DNA of 64,000 nucleotides from Rhina ancylostomus (taxonomy: Eukaryota), in NCBI GenBank assembly GCA_030265395.1, contig JARFYF010000112.1, positions 82,831,629 to 82,895,628 of the forward strand, in the 5' to 3' direction. This document shows positions 27,201 to 39,479 of this stretch, piece after piece (position 1 is the stretch's first letter; every line of letters begins with the position of its first letter). The notes beneath the pieces are model-generated. The model was not told the origin of the DNA. It made no database searches and saw nothing but the letters and a program-made list of their open reading frames with translations. The translations under genes were made by a program, and so were the position numbers.

Positions 27201-28091
27201 TGTTGGTGCACAGGAAATGAGTGTTTCACGTGCCTATGTATATTGTACTAGTTATGGACAGATTCAAGAACAATCTCACAATATTGTGAGTTTAGAAGGT
27301 CAGAAATGCAATTTTTGATGGAATGGAATTTATTTTTAAATGTTATACAATGGGTGATGGTGGAGGTAGCAGGCACTGAAGTTATTTCCACTCGAGTTGG
27401 GAGAGATACCACTTCACAAAGTATGAACAGTACTAGTGGATCTAATGGACTTCCAGCAAAGGGAGACTGCCTACCAATGCTCTGTGAAGGGAATCCACCT
27501 ACAATCAGAATAACCTGAATTTCAGAATCTATAGAAATCTACAGTGAATTTTTCTAAACTCAAGATTATTGGAGGGGGGAGGGGTGAATCTATAAGGATA
27601 TTTAGTGAAATATGTGGGGCATTTTCCCCACAATGTTTTTTATCAATAAAATGCCAATAAAAGCACATCCAAGTGTTATAACAAATGACTCCATTTTATT
27701 GAAATTTTGTCAATTAAACTTCACGTTTCTTTCCTCAGTAACTCGCAATGGCTTCAAAAATACATTCAAACTTTGTGCTCTTCGTAATTTATAATGGTGT
27801 AGAATTTAGTTGATCTTTAATTTTGAAGAATGTTTGGAGATGAATTAACAGTTCAAGATATGCTGTCCCAAGATATGACGTACATCCCTGAAAACTTTCC
27901 AAGTACCATCTGGATCCCCAGCTATCCTGAGTACATCAAAACCAGACGTACAACAAAGCTAATTAGGATCAAATCAGAGCATTGGCTTTTTTAAAGTAAA
28001 TCAAAAAATTGCTTTGATTACATTGAAAGGTCACAGTTGAGCAAATGATTTCTTTAATTTTGTTATCTATTTTGATGTCATTTTAATTGGA

Positions 28092-28318
28092 AAAGAATTA
28101 CAGATGCTGGAAGCCTGAAATACTGTCGGAAAATTCTTGGAAAAACTCATGCCAGGCATCATTGACAGAAAGAGAAATGGTTAATGTTTCAGATCTATGT
28201 CCTTTCATTGAACCTCTATCTGTTCTGATGAAAGGTCATTGATTAAATCATTAACTCTGTTTCTCTCTTTGCATATGCTGGCTGACCTGAGTATTCCCTG
28301 CATTTTCTGCTTTCATTT
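28092..28318. mobile_element. Miniature fold-back element made of two inverted Penelope-like terminal repeats
   Basis: Arms pair (cctttcat/atgaaagg, gttaatg/cattaac, agagaaa/tttctct) around an 8-nt spacer. Confidence 0.7.
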
Positions 28319-28349
28319 GGGATAAAACTTCATTTATCTATTTTTTTTG

Positions 28350-30135
28350 CAGGGTCTGGGTGTCACTAGCAAAGCCGGATTTGATTGCCCCTGAAAAGGT
28401 GGTGAGTCAATATCCTGAAGCACTGCAGTCCTTCTGGTGCTCTTGGGGAGGGAGTTCCAGGATTTGAGGGCAGTGACTATGAGGTATTGAAACATTTCCA
28501 AGTGAATGGTGTGCCATTTGGAGAGAAACCTGCAGGTGATTTCCTATGTGCCTGAAACCTTTGTTCTCCTCGGTGAATTTGCGGTGCTACCAGAGTTGTC
28601 TAGGTGAGTAATTGCTGCACATCTTGAAGATAGTGTACACTGCAGTCACTGCACATGGGGGAGTGAAAGAAATTAATATTAGGGCGGTGAATGAGATTCT
28701 GGTTAAGTGGGCCACTGCCCTGGATGGTACAGAGTTGTTTGTTTTTGGAGTTGCACTCATCCGTGCAAGTGGACATGCCTTATAAATGGTGGATGTCAGA
28801 ATGAAGGTCACTTGCTGTGAAGGCCTAACCTCTATTCTACCTTTAACAGACACATTATTAATGTGGCTGATGCTGTTGAGTTTCAGCTGGGGAACTTGGG
28901 GGTCATAGTAGTATTGAATGCCAATGTTAAACCCTGGACTTGGTTTCTGCTGAGATATTCTGCTGCTGAGATGATTGACATCTAACAATCNNNNNNNNNN
29001 NNNNNNNNNNNNNNNNNNNNNNNNNNNNNNNNNNNNNNNNNNNNNNNNNNNNNNNNNNNNNNNNNNNNNNNNNNNNNNNNNNNNNNNNNNNNNNNNNNNN
29101 NNNNNNNNNNNNNNNNNNNNNNNNNNNNNNNNNNNNNNNNNNNNNNNNNNNNNNNNNNNNNNNNNNNNNNNNNNNNNNNNNNNNNNNNNNNNNNNNNNNN
29201 NNNNNNNNNNNNNNNNNNNNNNNNNNNNNNNNNNNNNNNNNNNNNNNNNNNNNNNNNNNNNNNNNNNNNNNNNNNNNNNNNNNNNNNNNNNNNNNNNNNN
29301 NNNNNNNNNNNNNNNNNNNNNNNNNNNNNNNNNNNNNNNNNNNNNNNNNNNNNNNNNNNNNNNNNNNNNNNNNNNNNNNNNNNNNNNNNNNNNNNNNNNN
29401 NNNNNNNNCAAGTTGCACCTGGGCAATTTTCCAAATTTATTGTGTTTACAAGTGTTTTAACTAGTAGAATACTGTGACTAGAGGTGCAGCTAGTTCTGGG
29501 CACGAATTTAAGCTAAAGCTGTGGTGTTGGCTGAACCCTAAGCCTTTGCTGTATTCAATGCTCAGAGCCCTTTAATATCATGTGGAGTGAGTGTAGTTGC
29601 TGAGGATTTGTTTCTATGTTAGTGGGGACCTTGGGGAGACAATTATCCATGCTACACTCCTGGCTGAATGTGACTGCTTCTGGTGACCCTGGTGGTGGGG
29701 ACCTTGGATGGTAAAACCATTGAATGTCAAAGTTAAACTGTGAAAATGGTTATTGACTGGAACTTCTGTGGCACAAAGGTTACTTGCCACTTCTGTATCT
29801 GTATTTGAATCTTGCTGTATTACAAAGGAATTGGGCACTCACTTATTAAGTCCTGCCATCCTTGAGGATGGGGATGTTCTTGAAACCACCAACTGTTTAA
29901 TTGTGCATCACCATTTATGACTGGACTGTAGAAGTTTGATCTGATATGAGATTGCTTAGCTCTTTTGTTTGCATGCTATTTTTGCTGGTTAGCATGCACG
30001 TAGTGCTAATTGCTGCCTCACTTTTGGGTACACCTGGTGCTCTGGGTGCACCCTTCTGTACTCATTACTATTGAGTCAGAGGATCAACCTGGTTTAATGA
30101 TAAAGTGAGGGATACGCCAGCCACTGATGTTACAG
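28350..30135 (-). mobile_element. Old CR1-like LINE, gap inside
   Basis: Starts with the reverse-complement 3' end gggtgtcactagcaaagcc...ttgcccctgaaaaggtggtgag...ctgcagtcc. The same family end occurs at ~57000 and ~55040. Confidence 0.65.
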
Positions 30136-30249
30136 ATTTTATGTTTAAGTTCCATGGTTTCATTTGTTGACTTTTTTTAAATCNNNNNNNNNNNNNNNNN
30201 NNNNNNNNNNNNNNNNNTTTGAATTTTCATTATCATTTGTGCTATCTAA

Positions 30250-31900
30250 TATTCCAAAAAGTAAATGAAATTTATACATCAGACAAGACCGGTGGAGAGA
30301 GAAAGAGTTAATGTTTTGATTAGATATCAAACATGATTGAAGTTGGTGGGGGTGGGGAGAGACCAATAGTACTGACACATGACTGCCTGCTGAGATAGGG
30401 TGGGCAAAGGTTGTTAATTATAAATATCTAGAGGAGATTTAAGTAGTAAGGAAATGAATGGTCACATGGGGGTGGAGGTTGGAAGGAGGAAGTGAAATTA
30501 AAAACAGTGGAAGGACAAACAAGAGTTAACATTCCAGGTCAAAAGACCTTTTCATCAGAACCAGGGGAAAGAAAAACAAATTACCTGACTGCATCTCCCA
30601 ATCATCCCTCCTCACCTGGATCCACCTATCGTGCCCCCCCTTCACCCCTTAATACTGGCCATCTCCCCTCTATCTTTCAGTCCAGATAGATGAAGAGTCT
30701 CTTGACTGTCAATTTCCCTCCATAGATACTGCCTGACCTGAATTCCTCCAGCAGCTTGTGTTCCTCTATTACCCAGCATCGGCAGCCTTTTGTCTTCAAC
30801 AGTTTTATTTTGCCAAGGCTGGGGGGAGGAAATATGTGATGGGCTGAGGCCAGGGTTGCTCTGGCGATAAGTGATGGTCAATGGTTTAATGGTAGCAGTT
30901 AGTGTGTGTTAATACAAAGGAGTGTTAAATGTTGTGAAACGCGACTACAGGACATGCCCAGCAGGTTAGGCTATGCTAATGGAGAGGAAATACTGAGCCA
31001 ATACATAAGATGGATGATTTGGAGGAAGCAGCCAGTTCTAATATAAATTACCTTAAGTTTTCATAGAATTCAAAATAGAGTCTGACAAGTTGCAAAGTAT
31101 TTAAATGAAAGATAAGATGTTCCTCAAGTTGTTGCCTAATCTGTGTTTGGCTTCTCCAGTGTAGAGGAAACCACATTGAATGCAGTAGTGCAAGTGAATT
31201 GCTGCTTCACCTGCCATTTGGATACCTGGATGATGGAAAGAGAGCAGGTGAAAGGATAGATGTTGCACCTCCTGTTGTTGCATAGGAAAGTCCAAAAAGA
31301 GGGCATGCGATTGTTGAGGACCAGGGAGTCATGAAAGAAATAGTCTCTTTAAAATGCAGGGAGGAATGGAGGTGTCTGGCGATAGAATCTTGTTGAAGCT
31401 GGTGGAAATTGTTGAATGCAGAGGCTAGTGGGTGGAAGGTGAACAAGGGACTTCTATCCTTGCTCTGTCCAGGAAGAGGTGGTGGAGCAGAGGTGCAGGA
31501 AATAGATGAGATGCCATCAAAGGCTTTGTCAACTTTGGTCAGGGGGAAGCCACTGTTCAAGAAGAAAGACACCTCTCACACCCTTGCAGGAAATCCCCTG
31601 GAGCAACTATGACTCCAGGAGCTGCACCTGGGAGAATGGAAGGCACTGGAGATAGCTGTGCAAGTCTGTAGCTTGTCCTCAAGATGGAGAGAGGTCTACA
31701 AAAGGAAGGGAACAGGAGGAACTAGACTTAAGGTGAGAACAAGGTGGAAATTGGAAGCAAAAGTGATGGAACTTGAGTTGCGAGTTGGGGTGGAGAGAGA
31801 ATTAATAGGACAAAGTAGGGTGAGGTTAGGGTTGCTGTGGGGATATATTGTGGTCAGTGGGTGCAAGGCAGTAATTAGAGACCAATAATACAGACAATGG
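30250..31900 (-). mobile_element. Penelope-like element remnant (RT-thumb/linker and GIY-YIG endonuclease), with a second PLE 3' end inserted on + at ~30580-30800
   Basis: Minus ORFs SFFLNSGFPLTKVDKAF...KDRSPLFTFHP and YCIQCGFLYTGEAKHRLG (GIY-YIG: YCI.C..C...YIGET.R.L). Confidence 0.85.
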
Positions 31901-32299
31901 AATGAAAAAAAATGCAATACGTAGGACCTGCCCAGCAAGTCAGGCTGTGCCAATGGAGAGAGAAAACTCAGCCAACTTCACGGATGACTTGCAGCAGAAA
32001 TGACCATTTCTAAGAAAAAGATAATATTGTATTCTGCAACTACAGTAACTTAAGTCCAAAAGGTAGGAAAGAAAATTGTTAGAATTTTGATTAAAACTTT
32101 GCCATCTTTTAGCAATGAGGTTGTCAGATCCACTGCAAGAGTTGAGCTGCAAGGTTTCTGGCAGTCCTTGTAAGCAATACTTTGATTATATGCATCAGCA
32201 GTGACACATACGAGACCAATCCTGATATTGGCAATTTTTCAGTATCTAACAGGCATCCATACAGCATCATCAAAACACTTCTCCAGTTATTGGTCTGCT

Positions 32300-33880
32300 T
32301 ACCCAAACCCCAGCCACCATCCCCATTTGCATTGTCCCAATTAAAATCCTTGTTCTCTCCACTCTTACCCTGCCCCAAGGATAGTACTCCACATTCCCCT
32401 CTATCCAAGGGGCTCTGGCTACCAGAACTATTCATCCCTAGTTGTGCCAGGTTTGACTGTGCCACAGACCATTTTATGTTCCTCATCTCTTCTTCAAACT
32501 TGAATGTACCCAGCTTCTCTTCACCACAGACCCTTTACCCAAGCCTACTTCACCTTCCCTCCAACAAGTGTGAGGGGCTCATAAGTAGATCAAGGCCATC
32601 TGTTCGACTGCCTCTGCTAATTTTCTTTCTGTAACCATGAATATTATTTGGCATTTCTCCCAAAACAAGCTTTTCTCATTGATCTGTGCTGTGAGTTTAA
32701 CACGTGATTCAGCACCTGCTGTTCTCTTATGCCCACCAAACTCTTGCCCGACTAACCTCCTGCCGACTAACCTCCTGTATACTGATAGTGTTGCTAGTTT
32801 CCTGTCAACTCTGCTCTCAACACCTTTCTCTGGATAGTTCATCTGTCCTTGATACCACCTCCCTCCTGGTTTTCCACCAATCCTCTTTCCTGCCCTTCAT
32901 CACCCCAAGCTTCCCTCTTGAACATACCTGATCATGATGTCACTTTCCAAATCTACAACTGGTGGACTGAGTTTCTGCTAATGCCGCATCCTCCCTCCAA
33001 CACACTCTCAAATGGGAGGGGGATGCTCTGGCTGTGAATTGTCACATTTTGCAATGACTCTTCTTTCCACCCCTCCCACATACACTTGGAGACCCCTTTA
33101 ACTTCTCATTCAGGTGCTGTAGCTTGGCAACATCAACCATGACCACATTGTCTGGTAATGTGTATGTGCAAACAAGCTCTATACACCAAAGCTCTCATTC
33201 TGACTTGCAATGTAGTCACCTTGATGTCCAGTACTGGATAAGCAGAATTGTAGTGTAACCCTACAATTGTGGGAACCCTGAAGGCATTGTGTTCATTCCC
33301 CATCACAAACTCTGCTCCCTAGCTTCTGACTCTTTCAGACAGTGGCCAAGGAAAGGGATGGAGAACCTTATTGCAACCTTGCATTCCTACCTTCATCCTG
33401 AGCTGTTTCCAACTTCATATCATTTCCATTGTCACTTACTTACTTCTGTAAAATTGCCTGTCTTAGTAAGGATGACCAAGCTGTGTTTATGAATGTCTTG
33501 ATTTGATTCGAAGATAACTCTGGCTCTGTCCTGCTTCAGTTCCTCAAAACCATCATCCTTTTATGCTCTTCTAAACTCAACCAGTCCATTGCTTAGCTAT
33601 GTAGCTTCACACCTTTCACCCTCCATAACTCGAATATCCAAAACCTGTATCCCCAACCCGTACAGTCCCACTTGTGTTGAGCTGCATGCCTCCTGACCCA
33701 GCATCTCGATATATATCATTTTGATTTTAAAATCCCTCTGTGGCCTTGCCCTCTTCCCCATTTCTGTAACCAGTTGAAATTTCCTCAGGATTTCTTCACT
33801 CCTCTAGTTCTGGCCTTTACAGCAGCCCTGATTTTCTTTGCTGTACTACTGACAGCCACACCTTCAGCTGCTTGAGGCTC
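32300..33880 (+). mobile_element. Highly decayed L2-clade LINE
   Basis: Pyrimidine-rich RT-like debris and an L2-type 3' region (ttttaaaatccctctgtggccttgccct...cctctagttctggcct...ccttcagctgc). Confidence 0.5.
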
Positions 33881-34348
33881 CAACCCCAGAAGCAGTGACT
33901 TGATTAGTGCAACGTTGCTGTTATGTTACGGGCAGGCATCAGATTGAAAAAAGGTGAACCAGTACACATGGAAATAATTAGAACAATTTAAAACACTTGT
34001 AAATTAGTTTCTTGATCAGGATAAATTCTTGATTTTTCTGGAAGTTGAGCAAAAGAATATTCCTTAATTTTCCTAAAGTATGGCAAGTACACATTTTCCT
34101 TAGTGTAACTCTAATATTGGAGTAGTTTAATATTGAAAAATATGCTGTGCAGAGGTAGTAGAAATGTGAACTGTTAGAATCATCTTCCCACCATGTGTAT
34201 ATGTTTGCCCACAAAATTTTGCATTCTATATAATGCCAAACAACATTAAAAATAAATGCAAGAATCTGTACCATTTGTTATTAAAACTGGAGTTTTGGCT
34301 TTGAGTTTCATGGTACAATAAACAAGACACTTATAAAAATGCACAACT

Positions 34349-34354
34349 TTTAAT
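34349..34354 (-). terminator. Candidate poly(A) signal (ATTAAA) for TMEM164
   Basis: Minus strand reads ctgtttATTAAAagttgtgcatttttataagtgtcttgttt, a hexamer followed by a GU/U-rich downstream element. Confidence 0.4.
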
Positions 34355-35499
34355 AAACAGTTTTCTATAAACATAGAAAGCAAACTAGAAATATGCAGCT
34401 TGTAATAAAATGCTTCCAATAATAACTTAAATTTCACTATGCAGACATAATTTTTAAAACAGCAGCTTGAAGTGATTTTCTTTCTTTAAAAACTACACAA
34501 GTGGTAAATTAAAATAAGTGACATTCTCCAAAACCAGCTGCAAACTTCCTTTTTTTCCCTCTAAGTTTGGAAGTCCCCAATATTCCATTTGAAGTTTTGT
34601 GTTAAAAAAAATTTCACTTGAGACACACTCCTGATCAAAGCCACAAGTCTCAGATGCCAGTGAAAGTACAGAAACTTGCAAGACAACTGAAGACATGCTT
34701 GAAATATTAAAATGTAGCATTATCATCATTACATGTTTTTGCTGGCCCCTTGAAATTACCTAGCCAGAAGCAGCAAGATGGGAAGTCCTGGAAATAAATA
34801 CCTCTAAGATAATCATCTAATTTTAAGTATAACTGACCGGATGATTCCAGGCAGTTCCTTGTCTCCCTGAGTTGACATATCAATACTACTAAAAAGGTTT
34901 GCAGAGATATTTAAGAAGGCCACATGATCCTGAAGCTATTAAACGACTTTACAAAGTATCTTTATCAAAACAGGAAACAAAGCAAAGCTCAGTTTTACAG
35001 CTTTTAGGGTCTTTTATAACCCCCACATGTCATCATCTCAACACTGGCATTCTTGTTTTGTGGCTTTAGTTGCCCTCAGCAATAAGGCCTTTGCACAAAG
35101 TTCCAGTTTTGTTATGCCTCTAATATTAGCTAGAGATCTCACTGTGCATTTGGAATATCGTCACACTGCACTTACCCACAGGTCTATACAAAAGGCAGTG
35201 TAAAAGAAACCATTCTATAAAATGTACCCAAAAGGCACAAATCCATTCAAATATAGTTTCTAAAATGCCATCCCCTCTCTACCAATCGTTTAGGCATTAC
35301 AGTAAGAAATCCACATGTGGCTTTTGACTCTTCAACTACAAAAGCTCAACAATTCCCAACTAAGCCTTACTTCGCAATTAATATAATGATATTTGGAACT
35401 GTTAATATCAAATTGATTTTTGTTAAAACCTGAATCCAGATTAACTAATTAATAAATACAGTTGGTAAGGCTTAGGTTCTAGAGTGTAATTTCCTCATA

Positions 35500-35915
35500 T
35501 TCATTTTCCTGAGATGGAGATTGTTTTATGAGGAGAGATTTGAGTAAAGTTGGTCAACAGCCCTGGAGTTTAGAGGTGGTGTCACTGAAATGCACAAGAT
35601 TCTGAAGGAAACAAAGGGTAAATGCACAGTCTGGAGAATTGTGAATTTGGGAGACAGTATCAGATTTCACCATTTAGGATTAAGGACAGGTAGACTTTCT
35701 ATGCACAGAGGGTTCTTAATCTTTGTAATTCCAGAGGATTATAGATGTCCAGTCATTGAGAATACTCAAGGCTGATGTCCAAAAGAATTTTCTGCATTAA
35801 GGAGATCACACCCAACATGTTGATCAGGTGGGGAAGTGAAGTTGAGGTAGAGGACCTGCCATTATTTTATAGAATGATGGTGAAGGCTCAAGGAACCACA
35901 GGACTGATTCCTACT
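35500..35915 (+). mobile_element. CR1 3' fragment, antisense within the putative TMEM164 3'UTR
   Basis: ttatgaggagagatttgag...ctggagtttagagg...aggctcaaggaaccacaggactgattcctac, a CR1 C-terminus and tail. Confidence 0.65.
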
Positions 35916-38588
35916 TGCATTTAAGATTTTTTCATTGTTATAGGAAAATTATACAACAATGCTGGGACTTAGAATGGTTTCACCCTTCCAAAAGAGCACT
36001 TTACAATTAACAAGCTTGATGAACTACTCTTCATTTTTGTTTAAAATCTAACAGTCCTCTCTGCGTATGTAAGCCATTTGAACTGCAGAAGGCACCTTGG
36101 CCTAATCTATCCACGTTCTCATCTTTATACTACATATAGCACATTAAACAGTGATGAATCACCACTACATTTTCCTCCTCCTAGTCTGGTGTTGAGAATG
36201 CCAGATGCATTGTGTCACTGTTAATATGGTGGAAATAGCACAGACCCTGCATCAGATGTGGGAGTGTTTGGTGTGCAGAACAGATGAAAAGCAAATGATA
36301 GTCTAAGGATCACCACCCAGAATTGCTTAAATAAAATACTGCTGCACACAAAGNNNNNNNNNNGTCAAAAAAAACTTGTTTTCTGAAAGCAGTTGCCCAT
36401 CAACAACCCAGTGTCACAGGATTAAAGTCTCTTGCTTGTGGACTGGGGCTTTGGGCTATTTGCATTTTCAGTAATTCCAGTGAACTGATTTGTGGCAAAA
36501 GAAATCCTACCTGGAGAAAGGAAGGAAAGGCACAGTCTCAGATTCCAACATGTTTTCCATTGCATTCCTGGAGCAGCAGCATTAACTAACCATAGAAACA
36601 TTCATGTGATGGACTGCTGGGATCACACAGTGGGAAAGGGAGAGAATAGCAATACAATGCATCAATGACAAGTTCAATACAATTTACAAGCCCAACGACC
36701 AAAACAAAGCTCACAGTATAGTAAAAAGAAACAAATCAGTAGGGGAGAGTTTGATCAATTAGCACAACACAAAAATAATCAACATACTCCCTAACAAATG
36801 GCTTCCAAGTTCACTTTTTTTATATACAGAAACAAGTCATGTTAACTTTTGCTTTTGACAAGAAATTCTAAATTGCTTTTGAGGAATTATGTTGTACTGG
36901 TGAAATGGAATGAGATGCTGGTTAACTTGCATTTATGCATCTTCAAGCTATCTATAATCACTGAAACCAATTATCACTGGAAAATATTTCTCCCCACATT
37001 GGAAATGAGGCTTGTTTTTATATAACTGTGCTCGTTTAGTTTGAACATCAGCAAGATTGTAGAAATGGGATTTTCAGGAAGACAAAATAAAACCCCTTAG
37101 AAATCTGCATGAATGCCCTGCAATGGAGACTGATATTATTTGCAGCAGGCAGCCAGTCAGATGCACAAGAAATTAGTTAATCGAGCATGTCAAATGCTGA
37201 TTGTAACTCAGCTTCATTTCTTTCAGTCTTCTGGTTGCACATACCATAAAAATATAAAATCAACAAAGAGAAACAAACCTCTTCATGGTCAAAATAACAT
37301 TCCACTGTATCACTAAAACATTAAGAATCTTTAAATTATGTATGACAGCTCTCTCAGACTGAAGCATTCTGAAAGATGTTTTCCTGTTAAGATAGCAGGA
37401 AATCGATTTATGATTTGGAATAAGCTTGCTAAACTCTAAGCTAAGGTTCACTTGTATGCCTAGGATATACAACCTGGCATAAGCCACATTATCAGGTACT
37501 TTAAATTTTTGATAACATAAATGACACAAAGCACAAGTAACCATCATTATTAAGCCAAAATTTAGGGCATTTCAATTTTTAGGAGGAGGAATTAAATGTA
37601 GTAACTCCACAGCATCCAAATAATTTTTTTTTAAATATATGGAAAATAGCTAAACCCATCTTAGAGCATTTACCTCCAATGAATAGTCTGGGCAATAGAC
37701 ACCATGTGGCAATGCCATTGTCTTCCCTCAAAATATTTATATTTGTCTAAATACAGCATCACGGAATTAAAATTGGGTGCCGAGAGACGGTAAATTATGT
37801 TTTCAAATGGGCAGCATGTACCCAACATGCAATTTCTCCCAGCTAAGAATTTTTTGTAGTAACATCTCCTGGGATGGCAAACAAAGTGGAACAAAATAAT
37901 TCCACACAGTATTGGCCATCACAAGTCTTTTAGGCCAGGCAGCAGGTTGTGCAGGGCCCTGACAAGGATGTGATCAACACATCACAACACTTGAAAATAA
38001 AAATAAAATTCAGTGATAGAACAATCAGGAGAGTTAATGCAGGTTGATTGCAAATGCCACCTCCTTTCACATTCAGACCCTGTGATCTTGCAACATTTTC
38101 AATTATACTTAAGTAAATAAGTGTCATTCATTTAACTGCCCAGAAAAAAGTGAATACATACAAACAGAATCAATTTTCCATCAATATTATTTACAAGTTA
38201 GGCAGAAGTACATGGCCCATCTGTTTCAAATGTGCATGCACAGATGTTTGGGTGGGGACATTCTACATACAACACTTATGACTGAGATAATGAATGGAAA
38301 TGGGAAAAAGTATCTGGCCCAGTACTTTCACTGCAACTTGTTTTGTATGACAATGATTTCCCTTTCTGAACTTGTTCACTTAATCTGAAATTTTAAATCT
38401 TTGTGTAGAGTCACTTTCATTATGTATTGAAAAAAGTATAAAACAATTTCAGATGAAAGCTCCCTTGAGGCCACAGAGCCATTGACTGTCAATTTTTTTT
38501 AAATCCACCTTTTTGAATCTTCTTTCATTCCAGTTGCTAACATTTGCCTGAACAATGTACATTGTTGGAGAAAATTTACTGCTAAGTT

Positions 38589-38795
38589 TCAAACAAATTT
38601 CTTGAGTGGCAGCTTTACCACATCCACCAGATACTTGCGAGCCGGAGCAGCAACATAGAACAGGAGAGTGACCAGCTTTCCATGTGTCACCGTCATCAGT
38701 GTTTGATGTCCCGATGCCCAGATCCGATACCAGGAGCTGTAGAAGGGGTCAGATATTGCAGGACAGAGCATGTTGTTCAGGTTAACTTCCGTGAC
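38589..38795 (-). CDS. TMEM164: TMEM164 terminal coding exon (207 bp including TGA)
   Basis: Minus-strand ttattttttaag acceptor. Translates [68 protein letters not shown], matching the TMEM164 C-terminus ([14 protein letters not shown] motif). Confidence 0.96.
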   Translation of the reverse strand, partial: VTEVNLNNMLCPAISDPFYSSWYRIWASGHQTLMTVTHGKLVTLLFYVAAPARKYLVDVVKLPLKKFV

Positions 38796-39479
38796 CTTAA
38801 AAAAATAACAAAATAGTCAAAACTTACATTTTGCAGTGAAACTGTCCTCAAGGGACTGGATCATTTCATTGGCTGTAAGTGTGGTGATGCATTATTTGTT
38901 GGTGGACCAAGATGAAGAAACTCTCATCTTACATCTTTAAACAGTTATTAACACAGTAGTTTCTGCCTGTAAGATTTATTTGGAGTCAGTCTTGACTGGA
39001 ACTTAAGAAAAGCAGCCAAACCAGTGAGTATAGTTTATATTTAAAGACATTTTCCTCTGTGACAAAATATAAGTGACTTTTTTTTTAAACTTCTCATGCC
39101 TTGTTTTTTTTAAATGGTCCTGTCAACTTGGGATTGTTTATTTCATAGCTGGGATGTGGTGTCTTTGGTCTGATAGATCGTGGTCTATGGATTCAAGGTA
39201 ACAAGTGTAATCCATTATCCCACAGGGCAGGAAGAAAGCTTGTTTTGAAAAAAAAGGGAGCAATATTGATGAGTAGGAAAAAGAAAAGTATTAATATAAA
39301 AGGTGGTAGAGAGGAGAGATGACCTGCTTCAGAGCAAGGAAAGGAGACCCTGCATTGAGAGTGTGACATCTATTGACTTGAGTGAAAAAAAACAGCTGCT
39401 TTATAATTTTAAAACAGGCGACACACTAACAAGTATTTTCAATAAGTAAAGCGAATTTTGTTCCCTTAGATAGAGCAAT

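Larger units (their letters stand above)
34320..38588 (-). other. TMEM164: Putative long TMEM164 3'UTR
   Basis: Mostly TE-poor, U-rich on the minus strand downstream of the stop. Ends near a minus-strand ATTAAA (34349-34354) followed by GU-rich sequence. Confidence 0.55.

Noticed and set aside
32182-32634. 150-aa ORF
   Set aside because: Low-complexity Ser/Pro/Leu-rich translation within decayed L2-like sequence, with no splice or homology support.
32745-32777. Short tandem duplications (ccgactaacctcctg x2; also ~49819, ~50640, ~60745)
   Set aside because: Two-copy slippage duplications with no spacers, so not CRISPR-like or otherwise structured arrays.
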